The position numbers and the translations under genes are program-made. The notes below the pieces were generated by a model. That model worked only from the letters and a program-made list of their open reading frames with translations. It did not search any database and was not told the origin of the DNA. A stretch of DNA of 64,000 nt from Parcubacteria group bacterium Gr01-1014_31 (GTDB lineage: Bacteria; Patescibacteriota; Patescibacteriia; Buchananbacterales; GWA2-38-13): assembly GCA_007376135.1 (NCBI GenBank), contig VMFR01000001.1, positions 452,360 to 516,359 of the forward strand, in the 5' to 3' direction. Position 1 is the first letter of the stretch; every line of letters starts with the position of its first letter. Below, piece after piece: positions 29,346 through 40,550 of the stretch.

Positions 29346-30053
29346 CTAGGCCTTGGCGGTGGAACCGTACACTTCCATCATCCGGTCCAAACCGGCGAGC
29401 GGCAGCACCAGCACCTGGTGGGACAGAACGTCGGCAACGTTCAAACTGTCAGCGGCAATCGTCGACACGCGGCGCAGATTACGGAAGGCCAACACCTGGT
29501 CGTCGGATTTCGGGGGTAACACCACCAAGACGCGCGGCCAAGATTTGGCTGCGGGAACTGCCGCTGCTTTCTTTTTCAATTCCGTAGCGGCCGGCTTGAC
29601 CGCTTTGCCGGGACGGAGCTTCAACGCGGTCAACAGCTGGAACGCGACCTTGGCCTTGCCGCCCAATGGTTTGATGTCATCCACCAAATGCACGGCTTCG
29701 GCCTTAGACGACAATGCCATACGCAGCGCCTGACGGCGCACCTTGCGGTTCATCTTCAGTGTAAAATTGCGGTTCGAGCGCGGACCGAACGTGATACCGC
29801 CGCCGATCCAGATGGGCGAACGGATGGAGCCGTGGCGGGCGCGCCCGGTCCCCTTCTGCTTCCAGGGCTTACGGCCGCCGCCGCGCACTTCACCGCGGGT
29901 CTTGGTATGCGCCAACACTTGGCGGGCATTGGCCTGCTGGGCGACGACCGCCAGCTGCAACAATCCCGGTTTCACGGGGACGCCAAACAGCGCGGCGGGG
30001 AGCTCACGCTCGCCGACCGCCTGACCGCTGACGTTGTAGACCTTCACTTTCAT
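29346..30053 (-). CDS. rplD: 50S ribosomal protein L4
   Basis: TKTRGEVRGGGRKPWKQKGTGRARHGSIRSP. Confidence 0.97.
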   Translation of the reverse strand: MKVKVYNVSGQAVGERELPAALFGVPVKPGLLQLAVVAQQANARQVLAHTKTRGEVRGGGRKPWKQKGTGRARHGSIRSPIWIGGGITFGPRSNRNFTLKMNRKVRRQALRMALSSKAEAVHLVDDIKPLGGKAKVAFQLLTALKLRPGKAVKPAATELKKKAAAVPAAKSWPRVLVVLPPKSDDQVLAFRNLRRVSTIAADSLNVADVLSHQVLVLPLAGLDRMMEVYGSTAKA

Positions 30054-30056
30054 ATC

Positions 30057-30767
30057 CTACTGGGTGGTGGTTGCCGCGGGCACGGCCGGGGCTTCCGATA
30101 TCGCGGGAACGGCTGCCGGCTCAACCGGTGCGGCCGCTTTCGCGGTCGTGAGGTCGCCCTTCCCCTGGATCACGAGCAATCCGTTGCGGCTGCCCGGGAT
30201 CGCACCTTGCACATACAAGGTATGCTCCGGGACATCCACCGCGATGATCTCCAAATTGGCGACCGTGATCTGCTCGTTGCCCATGCGGCCGGGCATACGC
30301 TTGCCAGGTCGCACCCGCTGCACGCCGCCCGCGCCGCTCGAGCCAGGCATGCGTAGCTGGTCCTTATGACCGTGGGTTTTCGGCGAACCCTTGAATCCAT
30401 GGCGCTTCACAACCCCCTGGAAACCGCGGCCCTTGGACCACCCCGTTACTTTTACCACGTCGCCGGGGACAAAGGTTTCCACCGTAATGCGGTCGCCCAC
30501 CGCCAGTGGCTTTGCCTCCTCGGGCGTCAAGCGGATCTCACGCAAGACGGCAACCGGACCGATACCCTTGAGGTGGCCGGCCTGGGGCTTGGCAACGCGC
30601 TTCCGCTTGCCGCTCGCCACCTGCACGGCGGTGTACCCGTCGCGCGATACCGATTTGATCTGCGCCACCACGCACGGCTCGGCGACCACTTTGGTCACCA
30701 CAACCGCGCTGCCGTCGGGACGGTAGCGCTGGGTCATTTCCGATTTTCGGCCGAGGATGAACTTCAT
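30057..30767 (-). CDS. rplC: 50S ribosomal protein L3
   Basis: DGYTAVQ, SKGRGFQGVVKRHGF, MPGRMG; start trimmed to MKFILG. Confidence 0.97.
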   Translation of the reverse strand: MKFILGRKSEMTQRYRPDGSAVVVTKVVAEPCVVAQIKSVSRDGYTAVQVASGKRKRVAKPQAGHLKGIGPVAVLREIRLTPEEAKPLAVGDRITVETFVPGDVVKVTGWSKGRGFQGVVKRHGFKGSPKTHGHKDQLRMPGSSGAGGVQRVRPGKRMPGRMGNEQITVANLEIIAVDVPEHTLYVQGAIPGSRNGLLVIQGKGDLTTAKAAAPVEPAAVPAISEAPAVPAATTTQ

Positions 30768-30998
30768 ACCGCGGATAAACAAAAACTGCCTCAACAATGA
30801 GCCAGCTCCAAGAGCTTTTGGCAGATTGTCGGTCGGGCTGTTAGGTCGGGTTGTCAGTGCTCCATGCGCCTCGCCGTTCGGGGCCGGGGATGCCCCGCAT
30901 CTTTGGTTGAATCGCTTCCACCAAAGGTGCGGGGCCGCATCCGGCGCTTTCCGGAGGGGCTGGGCTCCGCCGCCGCAGGTGCGGACGGCGGGGCGAGC

Positions 30999-31370
30999 TT
31001 ACATCTTGATTTCAATGTCGACGCCCGCGGGCAAGCTCAGGTTGGTTAGGGCGTCAACGGTCTTGGCGGTCGGGTCCAGGATATCCAGCAGCCGCTTGTG
31101 GATGCGCATCTCATACTGGTCGCGGCTGTTCTTGTGGACGAATGTCGAACGGTTGACGGTATACTTCTTCTTTTCGGTCGGCAGCGGCACCGGACCGATG
31201 ACCTTGGCCCCGCTGCGGTTGGCCGTCTCAATGATGGTGCGCAGCGACTGGTCCGCGATCTTGTGGTCGTACGCGCGGATCTTGATGCGGATCCGCTGAC
31301 GGCCCTCCTCCTGTTCCGGAGCGGCCGGAGCGGCCGCCACCGTCTTTGTGCGCGCTGCGATTGCGGTCAT
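30999..31370 (-). CDS. rpsJ: 30S ribosomal protein S10
   Basis: [25 protein letters not shown]. Confidence 0.97.
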   Translation of the reverse strand: MTAIAARTKTVAAAPAAPEQEEGRQRIRIKIRAYDHKIADQSLRTIIETANRSGAKVIGPVPLPTEKKKYTVNRSTFVHKNSRDQYEMRIHKRLLDILDPTAKTVDALTNLSLPAGVDIEIKM

Positions 31371-31396
31371 GGGAAAGATCGTGCCGACGAATGGCG

Positions 31397-32587
31397 TTAC
31401 TTAATGATCTTGATGACCGCACCGGCGCCCACGGTATGGCCGCCTTCGCGGATGGCAAACCGCTGCTTCTCTTCCAGTGCGATCGGCCCGATCAGCTTGA
31501 TCTTGATCTTCACGGTGTCACCGGGCATGACCATTTCCGTGCCTTCCGGCAACTCGATCTCACCCGTCACGTCCGCGGTGCCGATGAAAAACTGAGGCTT
31601 GTACCCCTTGAAGAACGGCTTATGGCGGCCACCTTCCTCTTTCGTCAAGATATACGTCTGGCCCTCGAACTCCGTGTGCGGGGTGATGCTACCGCTCTTG
31701 GCGAGCACCATGCCGCGGTCGACTTCCTCTTTCTTGATACCGCGCAACAGGATGCCGGCGTTGTCGCCCGCCTCACCCTGATCCAGCGACTTGTTGAACA
31801 TTTCAATGCCGGTCACGGTGGTCTTCTTGGTGTCGCGGATGCCGACCAGCTCGACTTCGTCGTTCAGTTTGACCATCCCGCGCTCGATGCGGCCGGTCAC
31901 GACGGTGCCGCGGCCTTCGATGGAGAAGATGTCCTCGATCGGCATCAGGAACGGCTTATCCTTCTGGCGCACCGGCTCCGGAATGTAGGTGTCCAGCGCA
32001 TTGACCAGATCATCCATTGGTTTGATCCACTCGGCATCGCCGGGGTTCTCCAAGACCTTGAGGGCCGAACCGCGGATGACCGGAATGGTGTCGCCGGGGA
32101 ATTCGTACTTCTTGAGCAGCTCGCGAACCTCTTCCTCCACCAGGTCCACCAGTTCCTTGTCCTTGACCTGGTCGACTTTATTGATGAATACGACGATATG
32201 GGGCACCCCTACCTGGCGGGCCAGGAGGATGTGCTCGCGCGTCTGCGGCATCGGTCCGTCGGTCGCCGCCACCACCAGGATGGCGCCGTCCATTTGGGCC
32301 GCACCCGTCACCATGTTCTTGACGTAGTCGGCGTGCCCGGGACAGTCGATGTGCGCGTAGTGGCGGTTGGCGGATTCGTACTCGACGTGCGAAGTATTGA
32401 TGGTGATACCGCGCGCCTTCTCTTCCGGCGCGTTGTCGATCTGATCGACCGACTTCTGCTGGGCCTTGAGGCCTTTTTTATTCAAATACGTCAAAAGCGC
32501 CGCCGTCAACGTGGTCTTACCGTGGTCGACGTGGCCGATGGTGCCGACATTCAAGTGCGGCTTCGTGCGTTCAAATTTACCGGTCAT
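31397..32587 (-). CDS. tuf: elongation factor Tu
   Basis: [25 protein letters not shown]. Confidence 0.98.
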   Translation of the reverse strand: MTGKFERTKPHLNVGTIGHVDHGKTTLTAALLTYLNKKGLKAQQKSVDQIDNAPEEKARGITINTSHVEYESANRHYAHIDCPGHADYVKNMVTGAAQMDGAILVVAATDGPMPQTREHILLARQVGVPHIVVFINKVDQVKDKELVDLVEEEVRELLKKYEFPGDTIPVIRGSALKVLENPGDAEWIKPMDDLVNALDTYIPEPVRQKDKPFLMPIEDIFSIEGRGTVVTGRIERGMVKLNDEVELVGIRDTKKTTVTGIEMFNKSLDQGEAGDNAGILLRGIKKEEVDRGMVLAKSGSITPHTEFEGQTYILTKEEGGRHKPFFKGYKPQFFIGTADVTGEIELPEGTEMVMPGDTVKIKIKLIGPIALEEKQRFAIREGGHTVGAGAVIKIIK

Positions 32588-32752
32588 GGGAGACTCCTTA
32601 CGGCGCAGCCAACCGCGAGGCGCGGGTGGCCGGACGCGCGGGTTAATTAATTTAAATCAAGCTATTTTTTACGTTCCCCAATTATAGAGAGAATGAGCCA
32701 AAATGTCAAATCGACGCTCCGCACAGCCTATCCACACGGTTTTTTTGCTGGG

Positions 32753-33055
32753 TTACTCGATCGGTTCAAAAAAATACTGGTCCGATGCGTTTTCTGCGGC
32801 GGTTGCCTCCGGCGCGGCTGGGGATGGCTCTTCTGGACCCCATGGCTGGGGTGCCCCGATGCCGCGGGATTCGGCGTCACGGGAAATATCGGCGGCGAGA
32901 TCTTTCGGCATGGCGAGCGGACGACGCTCCGCCAAGCGTTCGTACTCGTTGAGCGGCAGGATGACGTAGGCGGGGTTGCCCTCGTGATCCAGCACGATAC
33001 AGCGGTCGCCGGTGCGCTTGATGAACGCGATGATCTTTTCCAAACCCGTGGTCAT
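32753..33055 (-). CDS. hypothetical protein with Phd/YefM-like N-terminus and acidic tail
   Basis: KRTGDRCIVLDHEGNPAYVILPLNEYERL; start trimmed to MTTGLEK. Confidence 0.6.
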   Translation of the reverse strand: MTTGLEKIIAFIKRTGDRCIVLDHEGNPAYVILPLNEYERLAERRPLAMPKDLAADISRDAESRGIGAPQPWGPEEPSPAAPEATAAENASDQYFFEPIE

Positions 33056-33062
33056 AGGCGGC

Positions 33063-35219
33063 TTAGCGGCCCTTGGCGCGCTCGGTGTCATACTCGCCAA
33101 TAAGCTTTTCGGCGACCTGGCGCGGAACGGGCTGGTATTCGTGGAACTCCATTGTGGAAGCGGCGCGACCCTGAGTCAGCGAACGCAGCTCGGTGGCGTA
33201 GCCGAACATCTCGGCCAGCGGCACCTCGCCGTCCACCACCTTGGTCTTGCCGCGGTCGCGCATTTCGGTGATCTTGGTGCGCTTGCTGTTGAGGTTGCCG
33301 ATGACCTCGCCCATGAACTGTTCCGGCGTGATGACCTGGATCTTCATGATAGGCTCGAGGATGACCGGGTTGGCCTTGCGGACGGCGGCCTGGAACGCCA
33401 TGCTGCCGGCGATCTTGAAAGCCGCTTCCGACGAGTCAACGTCGTGATAGGAACCGTCAAAAACAGCGGCCGCCACATCCACCACCGGGTAGCCGGCAAT
33501 GACCCCCCGAGTCATGGCCTCGGTAACGCCCTTCTCAATGGCGGGCAAAAATTCGCGCGGGATCAAGCCACCCTTGATCTCGTCCAAAAATTCGAATTCG
33601 CCGCCCCGCGGGCGCGGCTCCACCCGCAGCCAGCAGTGGCCATACTGGCCGCGGCCGCCGGACTGCCGGATATACTTGCCTTCAGCTTCGGCGCTGGCCA
33701 GAATGGTTTCCTTGTAGGCAACCTGCGGCTTGCCGACGGTCGCTTCCACCTTGAACTCGCGCTTCATCCGGTCGACGATGATCTCCAGGTGCAACTCGCC
33801 CATCCCCTCAATGATGGTTTGCATCGTTTCCTCGTCGGTATGCACCTTGAACGTCGGGTCTTCTTCCGAGAGTTTCTGCAATGCCACGCCCATCTTTTCC
33901 TGATCGGCCTTGGTCTTCGGTTCAATGGCCTGGGCAATGACCGGGTCGGGGAAGCTGATGGATTCTAGCAGGAGCGGGCTGCCCGGATCGCACAAGGTGT
34001 GGCCGGTAAAGGTATTTTTCAACCCGACAATGGCGGCGATCTCCCCGGCAAAAACCTCAGTCACATCTTCGCGGAGGTTCGCGTGCAGCCGCACAATGCG
34101 GCCGACGCGCTCCTGGTTGCCGGTGGTCGCGTTCAGCACGTAGGAACCGGCCTTGATGGAACCGGAATAGACGCGGAAGAAGCACAGCTTGCCCACGAAC
34201 GGGTCAGCAGCGATCTTGAATGCCAGCGCCGAGAACGGCTCAGTGTCGGACGCGTGGCGCTCCAAGGACTTGTTCTTGTCGTTGAGGTCGTGGCCCTGGA
34301 TGGACGGAACATCCAGCGGGGACGGCAGGTACGCGACCACGGCGTCCAGCAACAGCTGCACGCCCTTGTTCTTAAGCGCCGAACCGCAGAATACCGGCAG
34401 GATCTTGGAGGCAATGACGGCCTTGCGCAGCACGGGCTTGAGCTCCTCCACGGACGGCTCGTCGCCCGCCAGGTAGCGGTTCATCAATTTTTCATCGTGC
34501 TCGACGATGGCTTCCACCAGCTTGGCGCGCCACTTCTCGGCGGTCGCCTTGAGGTCCTCGGGAATGGCGATAACCTCCATATCTTTGCCCAGGTCGTCCT
34601 TCCAGATGAGGGCGGTCCGATCCAGCAGGTTCACGACGCCCTGAAATTTTTCCTCGGTGCCAATGGGGAGCTGCATCGGGTAGGCCGCTTCGGTCAGCCG
34701 CTCGTGGATGGAGGCCAGGTCCGCGAAGAAATCCGCCCCCATGCGGTCGAGCTTGTTGACGAACGCGACCAGGGGGACTTTGAACTTTTCGGCCTGGTGG
34801 TAGACGGTCTCGGACTGCGGCTCCACACCCGCCACGCCGTCAAAGACGACCACCCCGCCGTCCAGCACGCGCAAGCTGCGCTGCACCTCGGCGGTAAAGT
34901 CGATGTGGCCGGGGGTGTCGATGATGTTGATCTGGCAGGTCTCGATTTTTTGAGATTTCGATATGTCGATATTTCGAAATGTCGAAATTTCGTCCGGCCG
35001 CGGCCAAAAGCAGGTCACCGCGGCGGCCGTGATGGTGATGCCGCGCTCGCGCTCCTGCTCCATCCAGTCGGTGGTGGTATCGCCCTCGTGAACCTCGCCG
35101 ATCTTGTGCTTCTTTCCCGTGTAAAACAAAACGCGCTCGGTGACCGTGGTCTTACCGGCGTCAATGTGAGCGATGATCCCGATATTGCGGACGCGCTCGA
35201 TCGGATAGGAGCGGGGCAT
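33063..35219 (-). CDS. fusA: elongation factor G
   Basis: [30 protein letters not shown]. Confidence 0.98.
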   Translation of the reverse strand: MPRSYPIERVRNIGIIAHIDAGKTTVTERVLFYTGKKHKIGEVHEGDTTTDWMEQERERGITITAAAVTCFWPRPDEISTFRNIDISKSQKIETCQINIIDTPGHIDFTAEVQRSLRVLDGGVVVFDGVAGVEPQSETVYHQAEKFKVPLVAFVNKLDRMGADFFADLASIHERLTEAAYPMQLPIGTEEKFQGVVNLLDRTALIWKDDLGKDMEVIAIPEDLKATAEKWRAKLVEAIVEHDEKLMNRYLAGDEPSVEELKPVLRKAVIASKILPVFCGSALKNKGVQLLLDAVVAYLPSPLDVPSIQGHDLNDKNKSLERHASDTEPFSALAFKIAADPFVGKLCFFRVYSGSIKAGSYVLNATTGNQERVGRIVRLHANLREDVTEVFAGEIAAIVGLKNTFTGHTLCDPGSPLLLESISFPDPVIAQAIEPKTKADQEKMGVALQKLSEEDPTFKVHTDEETMQTIIEGMGELHLEIIVDRMKREFKVEATVGKPQVAYKETILASAEAEGKYIRQSGGRGQYGHCWLRVEPRPRGGEFEFLDEIKGGLIPREFLPAIEKGVTEAMTRGVIAGYPVVDVAAAVFDGSYHDVDSSEAAFKIAGSMAFQAAVRKANPVILEPIMKIQVITPEQFMGEVIGNLNSKRTKITEMRDRGKTKVVDGEVPLAEMFGYATELRSLTQGRAASTMEFHEYQPVPRQVAEKLIGEYDTERAKGR

Positions 35220-35231
35220 TCGGCTACAGCG

Positions 35232-35711
35232 TTACTTCCGGCGGTTGAAGCGGGCAAAGTGCGCGAACGCGCGGTTGGCTTCGGCCATCCGGTAGACATC
35301 CTCGCGCTTCTTGAAGGCGGAGCCGACCTTGTTGGCGGCATCGGTCAGCTCAGCGGACAACTTCTGCCACATCGGCTGGCCCTTGCGGGTGTGGGCGGCC
35401 GCCAGGATCCAGCGGAACGCCAGCGCCTGCCGGCGCTCAGGGGAGACGGGCGTGGGGATCTGGTAATTGGCGCCGCCGACCCGGCGTGAGCGCACCTCAA
35501 CCTCGGGGCCGACGTTGCGCACGGCCGCGTCGAACACCTCGCGCGGATCGTGCTTGGTTTTTTCTGCAATGTCCTCAAAACTCTGGTAAAGAATGGATCG
35601 GGCAATGGACTTCTTGCCCTTGCGCATGATGTAGTTGATGAACTTTGTGACCGTCGCGCTGCCGTACTTGGCATCCGGCACCATCTTCCGTTTCGGGGAT
35701 TTTCCGCGCAT
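35232..35711 (-). CDS. rpsG: 30S ribosomal protein S7
   Basis: RRVGGANYQIP, MAEANRAFAH. Confidence 0.97.
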   Translation of the reverse strand: MRGKSPKRKMVPDAKYGSATVTKFINYIMRKGKKSIARSILYQSFEDIAEKTKHDPREVFDAAVRNVGPEVEVRSRRVGGANYQIPTPVSPERRQALAFRWILAAAHTRKGQPMWQKLSAELTDAANKVGSAFKKREDVYRMAEANRAFAHFARFNRRK

Positions 35712-35726
35712 ACCAAAAACTTCCGA

Positions 35727-36155
35727 TTAAGCGGCTTTCGCCTGGGTCTTCTTCACGCCGTACATCGAGCGGCTCTGCTTGCGGCCTTCCACGCCAGCGG
35801 TGTCGTACACGCCGCGGACAATATGGTAGCGCACGCCGGGCAAGTCTTTGACGCGGCCGCCGCGCACCAACACAATGGAGTGCTCCTGCAAATTGTGGCC
35901 CTCGCCGGGGATGTAGGCGGTCACTTCCAAACCGTTGGACAGCCGAACGCGAGCGATCTTGCGCAGCGCGGAGTTGGGCTTCTTCGGGGTGGTCGTGGTG
36001 ACCTTCAGACACACGCCGCGCTTGAACGGCGAACCTCCCGGCAGCTCGTAGCGACGGCGGCGCAAGGTATTATTGACCGACTGCAACGCCGGCGTTTTGG
36101 CTTTGCTCCGCTGCTGCTTTCGGCTTTTGCGGAGTAGTTGGTTGATGGTGGACAT
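35727..36155 (-). CDS. rpsL: 30S ribosomal protein S12
   Basis: [30 protein letters not shown]; start trimmed to MSTINQ. Confidence 0.97.
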   Translation of the reverse strand: MSTINQLLRKSRKQQRSKAKTPALQSVNNTLRRRRYELPGGSPFKRGVCLKVTTTTPKKPNSALRKIARVRLSNGLEVTAYIPGEGHNLQEHSIVLVRGGRVKDLPGVRYHIVRGVYDTAGVEGRKQSRSMYGVKKTQAKAA

Positions 36156-36271
36156 GGGGGTGCGAGCGTATGCGGCGTACCGGAAGAAAAACCCTGCCCG
36201 AAGGACAGGGCAACAGAATGAAACGAGTATATCGGGGAACGCGGCTCCCGTCAAGTCAGCAGGCCCGCGTC

Positions 36272-36883
36272 CTACCAGTAGGCGCCAACCAACAGCGCGT
36301 AGACGAACTGGAGTATCGGCGACAGCAACGGACCGGCGACAAAAATGAGCGGCAGCAGCAGCCACAAGCCGTAGGCCTGCAGGAACACCTCCACATTATG
36401 CAGCCGGTCGGGCAACAATGAGAACAGCACCTTGGAACCGTCCAGTGGAGGAATGGGCACCAGGTTGAAGACCGCCAAGAGCACGTTGGCGAACACCGCG
36501 ATGGATAAAAGGTCGGTGAACGAGGACGGCGGCGCGAACTGCACCACCACCCCGAGCACCATCGCCAGCAGCAGGTTGGATAACGGCCCGGCCAGCGCCA
36601 CCACCCCGCCATCGCGTTTCGGATTGCGTAAATTGTACGGATTGACCGGTACGGGCTTGGCGTACGCGAACAACACGCTGTTGCCCGGCAGCGCCAAGAG
36701 CAGCAGTGGCAGCAGCAGTGTGCCGATGGGGTCGATGTGCGGCAGTGGGTTGAGTGTTAGCCGGCCGGCCAGCCGGGCGGTCGGGTCGCCCAAACGATCG
36801 GCCATCCAGCCGTGACAGTACTCGTGGACGATCGCGAACACGGCGACCGCCAGGAGAAAAAATATCCGTTCAAGTTCGAACAT
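36272..36883 (-). CDS. site-2 protease family (M50) zinc metalloprotease
   Basis: [27 protein letters not shown]. Confidence 0.93.
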   Translation of the reverse strand: MFELERIFFLLAVAVFAIVHEYCHGWMADRLGDPTARLAGRLTLNPLPHIDPIGTLLLPLLLLALPGNSVLFAYAKPVPVNPYNLRNPKRDGGVVALAGPLSNLLLAMVLGVVVQFAPPSSFTDLLSIAVFANVLLAVFNLVPIPPLDGSKVLFSLLPDRLHNVEVFLQAYGLWLLLPLIFVAGPLLSPILQFVYALLVGAYW

Positions 36884-36947
36884 AGCGCTGTCGCTTGCCA
36901 GAGCGCGCACAATGTGCTACGCTCAAGGCCACGGTAATTTGCATGCT

Positions 36948-37139
36948 ATGGCAAAAGTTTGTGATTCCTGCGGCCGACGCGCCCTGCGCGGCAATTCCCG
37001 CAGCCACTCCAATATCGCGACCGTCCGGCACCAGCAGATCAACCTACAGTGGCGCCGGTTGCCCGGCGGACGCCGTCGGCTGTGCGTCAACTGCATCAAA
37101 ACGATGCACCGCGACGCTCCGCGTCCCAAAACAGCATAA
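36948..37139 (+). CDS. rpmB: 50S ribosomal protein L28
   Basis: MAKVCDSCGR...GNSRSHS...T.R....NLQ...CVNCIKT. Confidence 0.9.
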   Translation: MAKVCDSCGRRALRGNSRSHSNIATVRHQQINLQWRRLPGGRRRLCVNCIKTMHRDAPRPKTA

Positions 37140-37158
37140 CACCCATTCCGCCGCTGGT

Positions 37159-37181
37159 AAACGGCCCTTGGGCCGTTTTTT
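37159..37181 (+). terminator. intrinsic terminator after rpmB
   Basis: aaacggccc-tt-gggccgttt followed by a T-run. Confidence 0.6.
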
Positions 37182-37270
37182 CGTTTCCCGCGATTTGACC
37201 CGCGAGAAAGAGCGATGCTAGGGTTTCCCCGACCGTCCTAAACTCATCGCCCTTTTTCAAGGAGGCCGAC

Positions 37271-37519
37271 GTGCAAGGGATCATTTGCACCCACTGCCGT
37301 GAAGAAAACTCCCCCGAGGACCTGTACTGTGCCCAATGCGGCACGCCGCTGCCCGTCTTTTGCGTCCACTGCGAAAAGGACAACGACCGGTTGCTGGACG
37401 CCTGCGAATGCTGCGGGCAACAGCGCGAAACCCGCCCGCTCACTACTTGCCGCTTCTGCGGCCAGCCATTAGAGGATCCGCTCGCGCAACGCGCGGCCAC
37501 GCCTGCAAAACCGAAATAA
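37271..37519 (+). CDS. double zinc ribbon domain protein
   Basis: Five CxxC motifs; aggagg SD before GTG start. Confidence 0.7.
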   Translation: MQGIICTHCREENSPEDLYCAQCGTPLPVFCVHCEKDNDRLLDACECCGQQRETRPLTTCRFCGQPLEDPLAQRAATPAKPK

Positions 37520-37571
37520 CGTCCGCCCGCAACGGCCGACGCCTTTCCCCCGCCCTCCCGCGGGGCTTTTT

Positions 37572-39185
37572 TTAGTTCACGTGCGGCTCCAATTTTCCCT
37601 GCAATCCATTGGCGCGCAGGATCTGCTCCGGCGTCACGGTCAAGAGTTTCGGGTCGCGCTGGTCCACCGGGTACAGCACCGTATACATCTCCGGCAGCAT
37701 CGGCTCCATCATCTCGGACATCGTGACGGTACGCGCCAACCGCGCGAACGCCCCGAAGGTGGTGTCCTCACCCTCCAGGGCCATATCAATGCCGGTCGCC
37801 GGCACCAGCGACCCCGTCACGGTCTTGAGGTACGACAGCACCATGCCGTCGCCGCCCAATTCCTTGGTCTGCACGGGTTCCAGCGCTGCGGCCTCGTCGG
37901 ACCGCCCGACCGCCGCCAAGAGCTTGCGCCAGGCCTCCTTGGTCAACGTCAGGTCGTGTACCTGGCAGAATCCGCCCAGACATTTGAACCCGTAATACAA
38001 CGCGACGGTCAGGTAGCACAGCAGCATGCTGGGGAAGATCTTTTTCTGCCGTAACGCTTCGGCAATGTCCTCGGGCGTGAACGGCAACACATACTGGCTG
38101 GTTTTTGTTCGCAGGGTTCGATGGTCCAGCAGCATGCGCATGCGGTGTAATTTTTCGTCCACCGCCCAAAAAAAGAAGGACCCCCAATCCCCTTGGCGTG
38201 AAAACCCGCCGGGAATGCCGTCGAACAGCTCCAGCGCCAAGCGCTGGTAGTCGGGCACAAACAGCACTTGGTACAGGAGCGAGGACGGGTCGTTCAGGTG
38301 GCGGCGCAAAAGCAGCTCCGTCACCAGGGTCTCGATATCCAGGTACACCAGGTCGGGGATCTTCGGTCCGCCGGTCTGCGGGACATTGGCCGCCGGGTGG
38401 AAGAAGGTCGGCCATAACCGGTAGTTGATGGCCGAGATCTGGGATGCGAAATCGGGCTTCGCCAGCACTTGCGGCGTTGCGAAATACGCTTCCAACAGCG
38501 CGCGGATCTTTTGCCCGCGGCCGTCGGCGATCTCGCCCTTCTTCTCTTTCTTCACCAGCTCGGCTTCCGCTTTGGTCAGATCCTCGCGCGTGAACGGCCG
38601 CATGCCGTAGACGACCCCCATCTTGACGCGGTCGGGCAGGATGGGCAGCCGGATGAAATTCCCCGAGCCGTTAATGCCGCCGTGGAACTCGATACCTCGC
38701 GGATACGCCGAGGCGTTGTTGACCGAAACCGACGCAAATGAAAAAACCACCAGGTACCGGAGCTCCGGAATGGTGGCAGTCACGTACGGCAGCGCGGAGA
38801 TGATGTTGGCGTTGATGAAGAAGGGATGGTCGATGGGACCGTGATGGTCGGTGGTGGAGACCAGCGGCAAACGGGCCAGTTGCGTCGCGACGCCGGCGGC
38901 TACTTCCTCGCCCAAGCGCTTGGCGATCAGCTCGCGCGCGACGGCGATCAACTCGGGCTTGCGCGCATCCAACCGCGGCGCGGGATTCACATCCAGAAAA
39001 TCCTGGGCGTAGTCGTGCAGGATCAACGATCCGTGCTTGGCCATGATCTCGCCCAGCACCGGCCGGCGCTTCCAGATGGCTTCCCGTAACACGGAAAGAT
39101 TGCCCGCAACGGTGTGAGCCGGCGGTCTACCCTCGGTCTCGGGGGTAAAGGAAGCCATAAACTGGCTTGCCGGGAACACTACCAC
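37572..39185 (-). CDS. hypothetical protein (537 aa)
   Basis: Long ORF with host-like codon usage; HHGPID motif; family not recognised. Confidence 0.7.
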   Translation of the reverse strand: MVVFPASQFMASFTPETEGRPPAHTVAGNLSVLREAIWKRRPVLGEIMAKHGSLILHDYAQDFLDVNPAPRLDARKPELIAVARELIAKRLGEEVAAGVATQLARLPLVSTTDHHGPIDHPFFINANIISALPYVTATIPELRYLVVFSFASVSVNNASAYPRGIEFHGGINGSGNFIRLPILPDRVKMGVVYGMRPFTREDLTKAEAELVKKEKKGEIADGRGQKIRALLEAYFATPQVLAKPDFASQISAINYRLWPTFFHPAANVPQTGGPKIPDLVYLDIETLVTELLLRRHLNDPSSLLYQVLFVPDYQRLALELFDGIPGGFSRQGDWGSFFFWAVDEKLHRMRMLLDHRTLRTKTSQYVLPFTPEDIAEALRQKKIFPSMLLCYLTVALYYGFKCLGGFCQVHDLTLTKEAWRKLLAAVGRSDEAAALEPVQTKELGGDGMVLSYLKTVTGSLVPATGIDMALEGEDTTFGAFARLARTVTMSEMMEPMLPEMYTVLYPVDQRDPKLLTVTPEQILRANGLQGKLEPHVN

Positions 39186-39313
39186 CAGCCCGAAAATAAA
39201 TCAATCCTCCCAAAATCATACGAAATCATAAAAAATATATTTTCTACTGATCTCGGCCAAAAAAAATATGCCACCCCGGAGAGCGGCGAAAAAATTACGG
39301 CGCGTAATTATCG

Positions 39314-40549
39314 CTATTCGTAGCGCAACGCTTCGATGGGGTTTTTGCGCGCAGCCTGCGACGCCGGGTACAAGCCGAACACCACGCCCACCAGCGTTGA
39401 GACTCCGACGCCCAGCATCACCGCCGAGAGCGGCAGCGCGTAGCCCCACTGCAAGCCCATGGCATACCGCAATACCAGCGACGCGATCCCGGAAAACATT
39501 GCGCCTAAAGCGATGCCGACCACCCCGCCGGTCCCCGTCAGCAGGATGGATTCAAGCAGGAACTGCTGCATGATGTCGCCGCCCGTCGCGCCCACGGCCT
39601 TGCGCAGCCCGATCTCGCGCGTGCGTTCGGTCACGGCCACCAGCATGATGTTCATGATGCCAATACCGCCCACCACCAGCGAGATGGCGGCGACCGACGT
39701 GAGCAGCACCGTCAGGATGGTGGACACGATGCCGATGGACGCCATGGCGTCGGCTTGCGTCGTGACGTGGAAATCGTCCTTGTCCGGGTCGGTAATGTTG
39801 TGCGATTCGCGCAGCGTCAGCTCGATATCGCGGGCCACGCGCGGCACTAAGGCCTCGGTCTGCGCCTGCACCATGATGGCATGGAAATGGTTGATGCCCA
39901 GCAGGTACTCCTGCGCCGTCGTGTACGGCACGAACGCCATCTGGTCGATGTCGATGAGACCGGCGCCCTTTTCCTTGAGCACGCCCACAACCCGGAAGGT
40001 CTTGCCCTTGATCTTCACCTTCTGGCCGACCGCGGCATCCGCACCGAACAGCTCCTCCCCCACCTTCGTGCCGATGACCACGACGCTGGCGCGCCGCCGC
40101 ACATCCTCATCCGTGAAGAAACTGCCCTCCGCGACCGCCAAATTCATGATCTCGCTGATGAACGGGTCGGTGCCGCGCATCGTGATGCGCTTGGTCTCGG
40201 TGCCGTAGACAATGGTCGCGGCGACCGCCACGGCCGGCGAAACGCGCGCGACCCCCTGGACATTGGCCGGCTGGAGGATGGCCGCAACGTCGCGCGGCTT
40301 GAGCGAGTCCGTGAAGATCTCGACGAAATCCGACGGCCCTTTCGGCTGGCGGCCCGGCTCCACGATAATGGTGCGTGATCCCAGGCCGCGGATCTGATCC
40401 AAGATGAGCTGCTCGGCGCCCTCGCCCACCGACATGACCAAAATGATGGCGGTGATGCCGATGACGATACCCAGAATCGTCAGCGCGGAACGCGACTTGT
40501 TGGCACGCAGGCCCCGGAAGGCGGTTTTCAGCGTAAAGCGCAGTCGCAT
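39314..40549 (-). CDS. ABC transporter permease (MacB/FtsX family)
   Basis: RSALTILGIVIGI, GGIGIMNIML..VTERTREIGLRKAVGA. Confidence 0.93.
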   Translation of the reverse strand: MRLRFTLKTAFRGLRANKSRSALTILGIVIGITAIILVMSVGEGAEQLILDQIRGLGSRTIIVEPGRQPKGPSDFVEIFTDSLKPRDVAAILQPANVQGVARVSPAVAVAATIVYGTETKRITMRGTDPFISEIMNLAVAEGSFFTDEDVRRRASVVVIGTKVGEELFGADAAVGQKVKIKGKTFRVVGVLKEKGAGLIDIDQMAFVPYTTAQEYLLGINHFHAIMVQAQTEALVPRVARDIELTLRESHNITDPDKDDFHVTTQADAMASIGIVSTILTVLLTSVAAISLVVGGIGIMNIMLVAVTERTREIGLRKAVGATGGDIMQQFLLESILLTGTGGVVGIALGAMFSGIASLVLRYAMGLQWGYALPLSAVMLGVGVSTLVGVVFGLYPASQAARKNPIEALRYE

Positions 40550-40550
40550 A

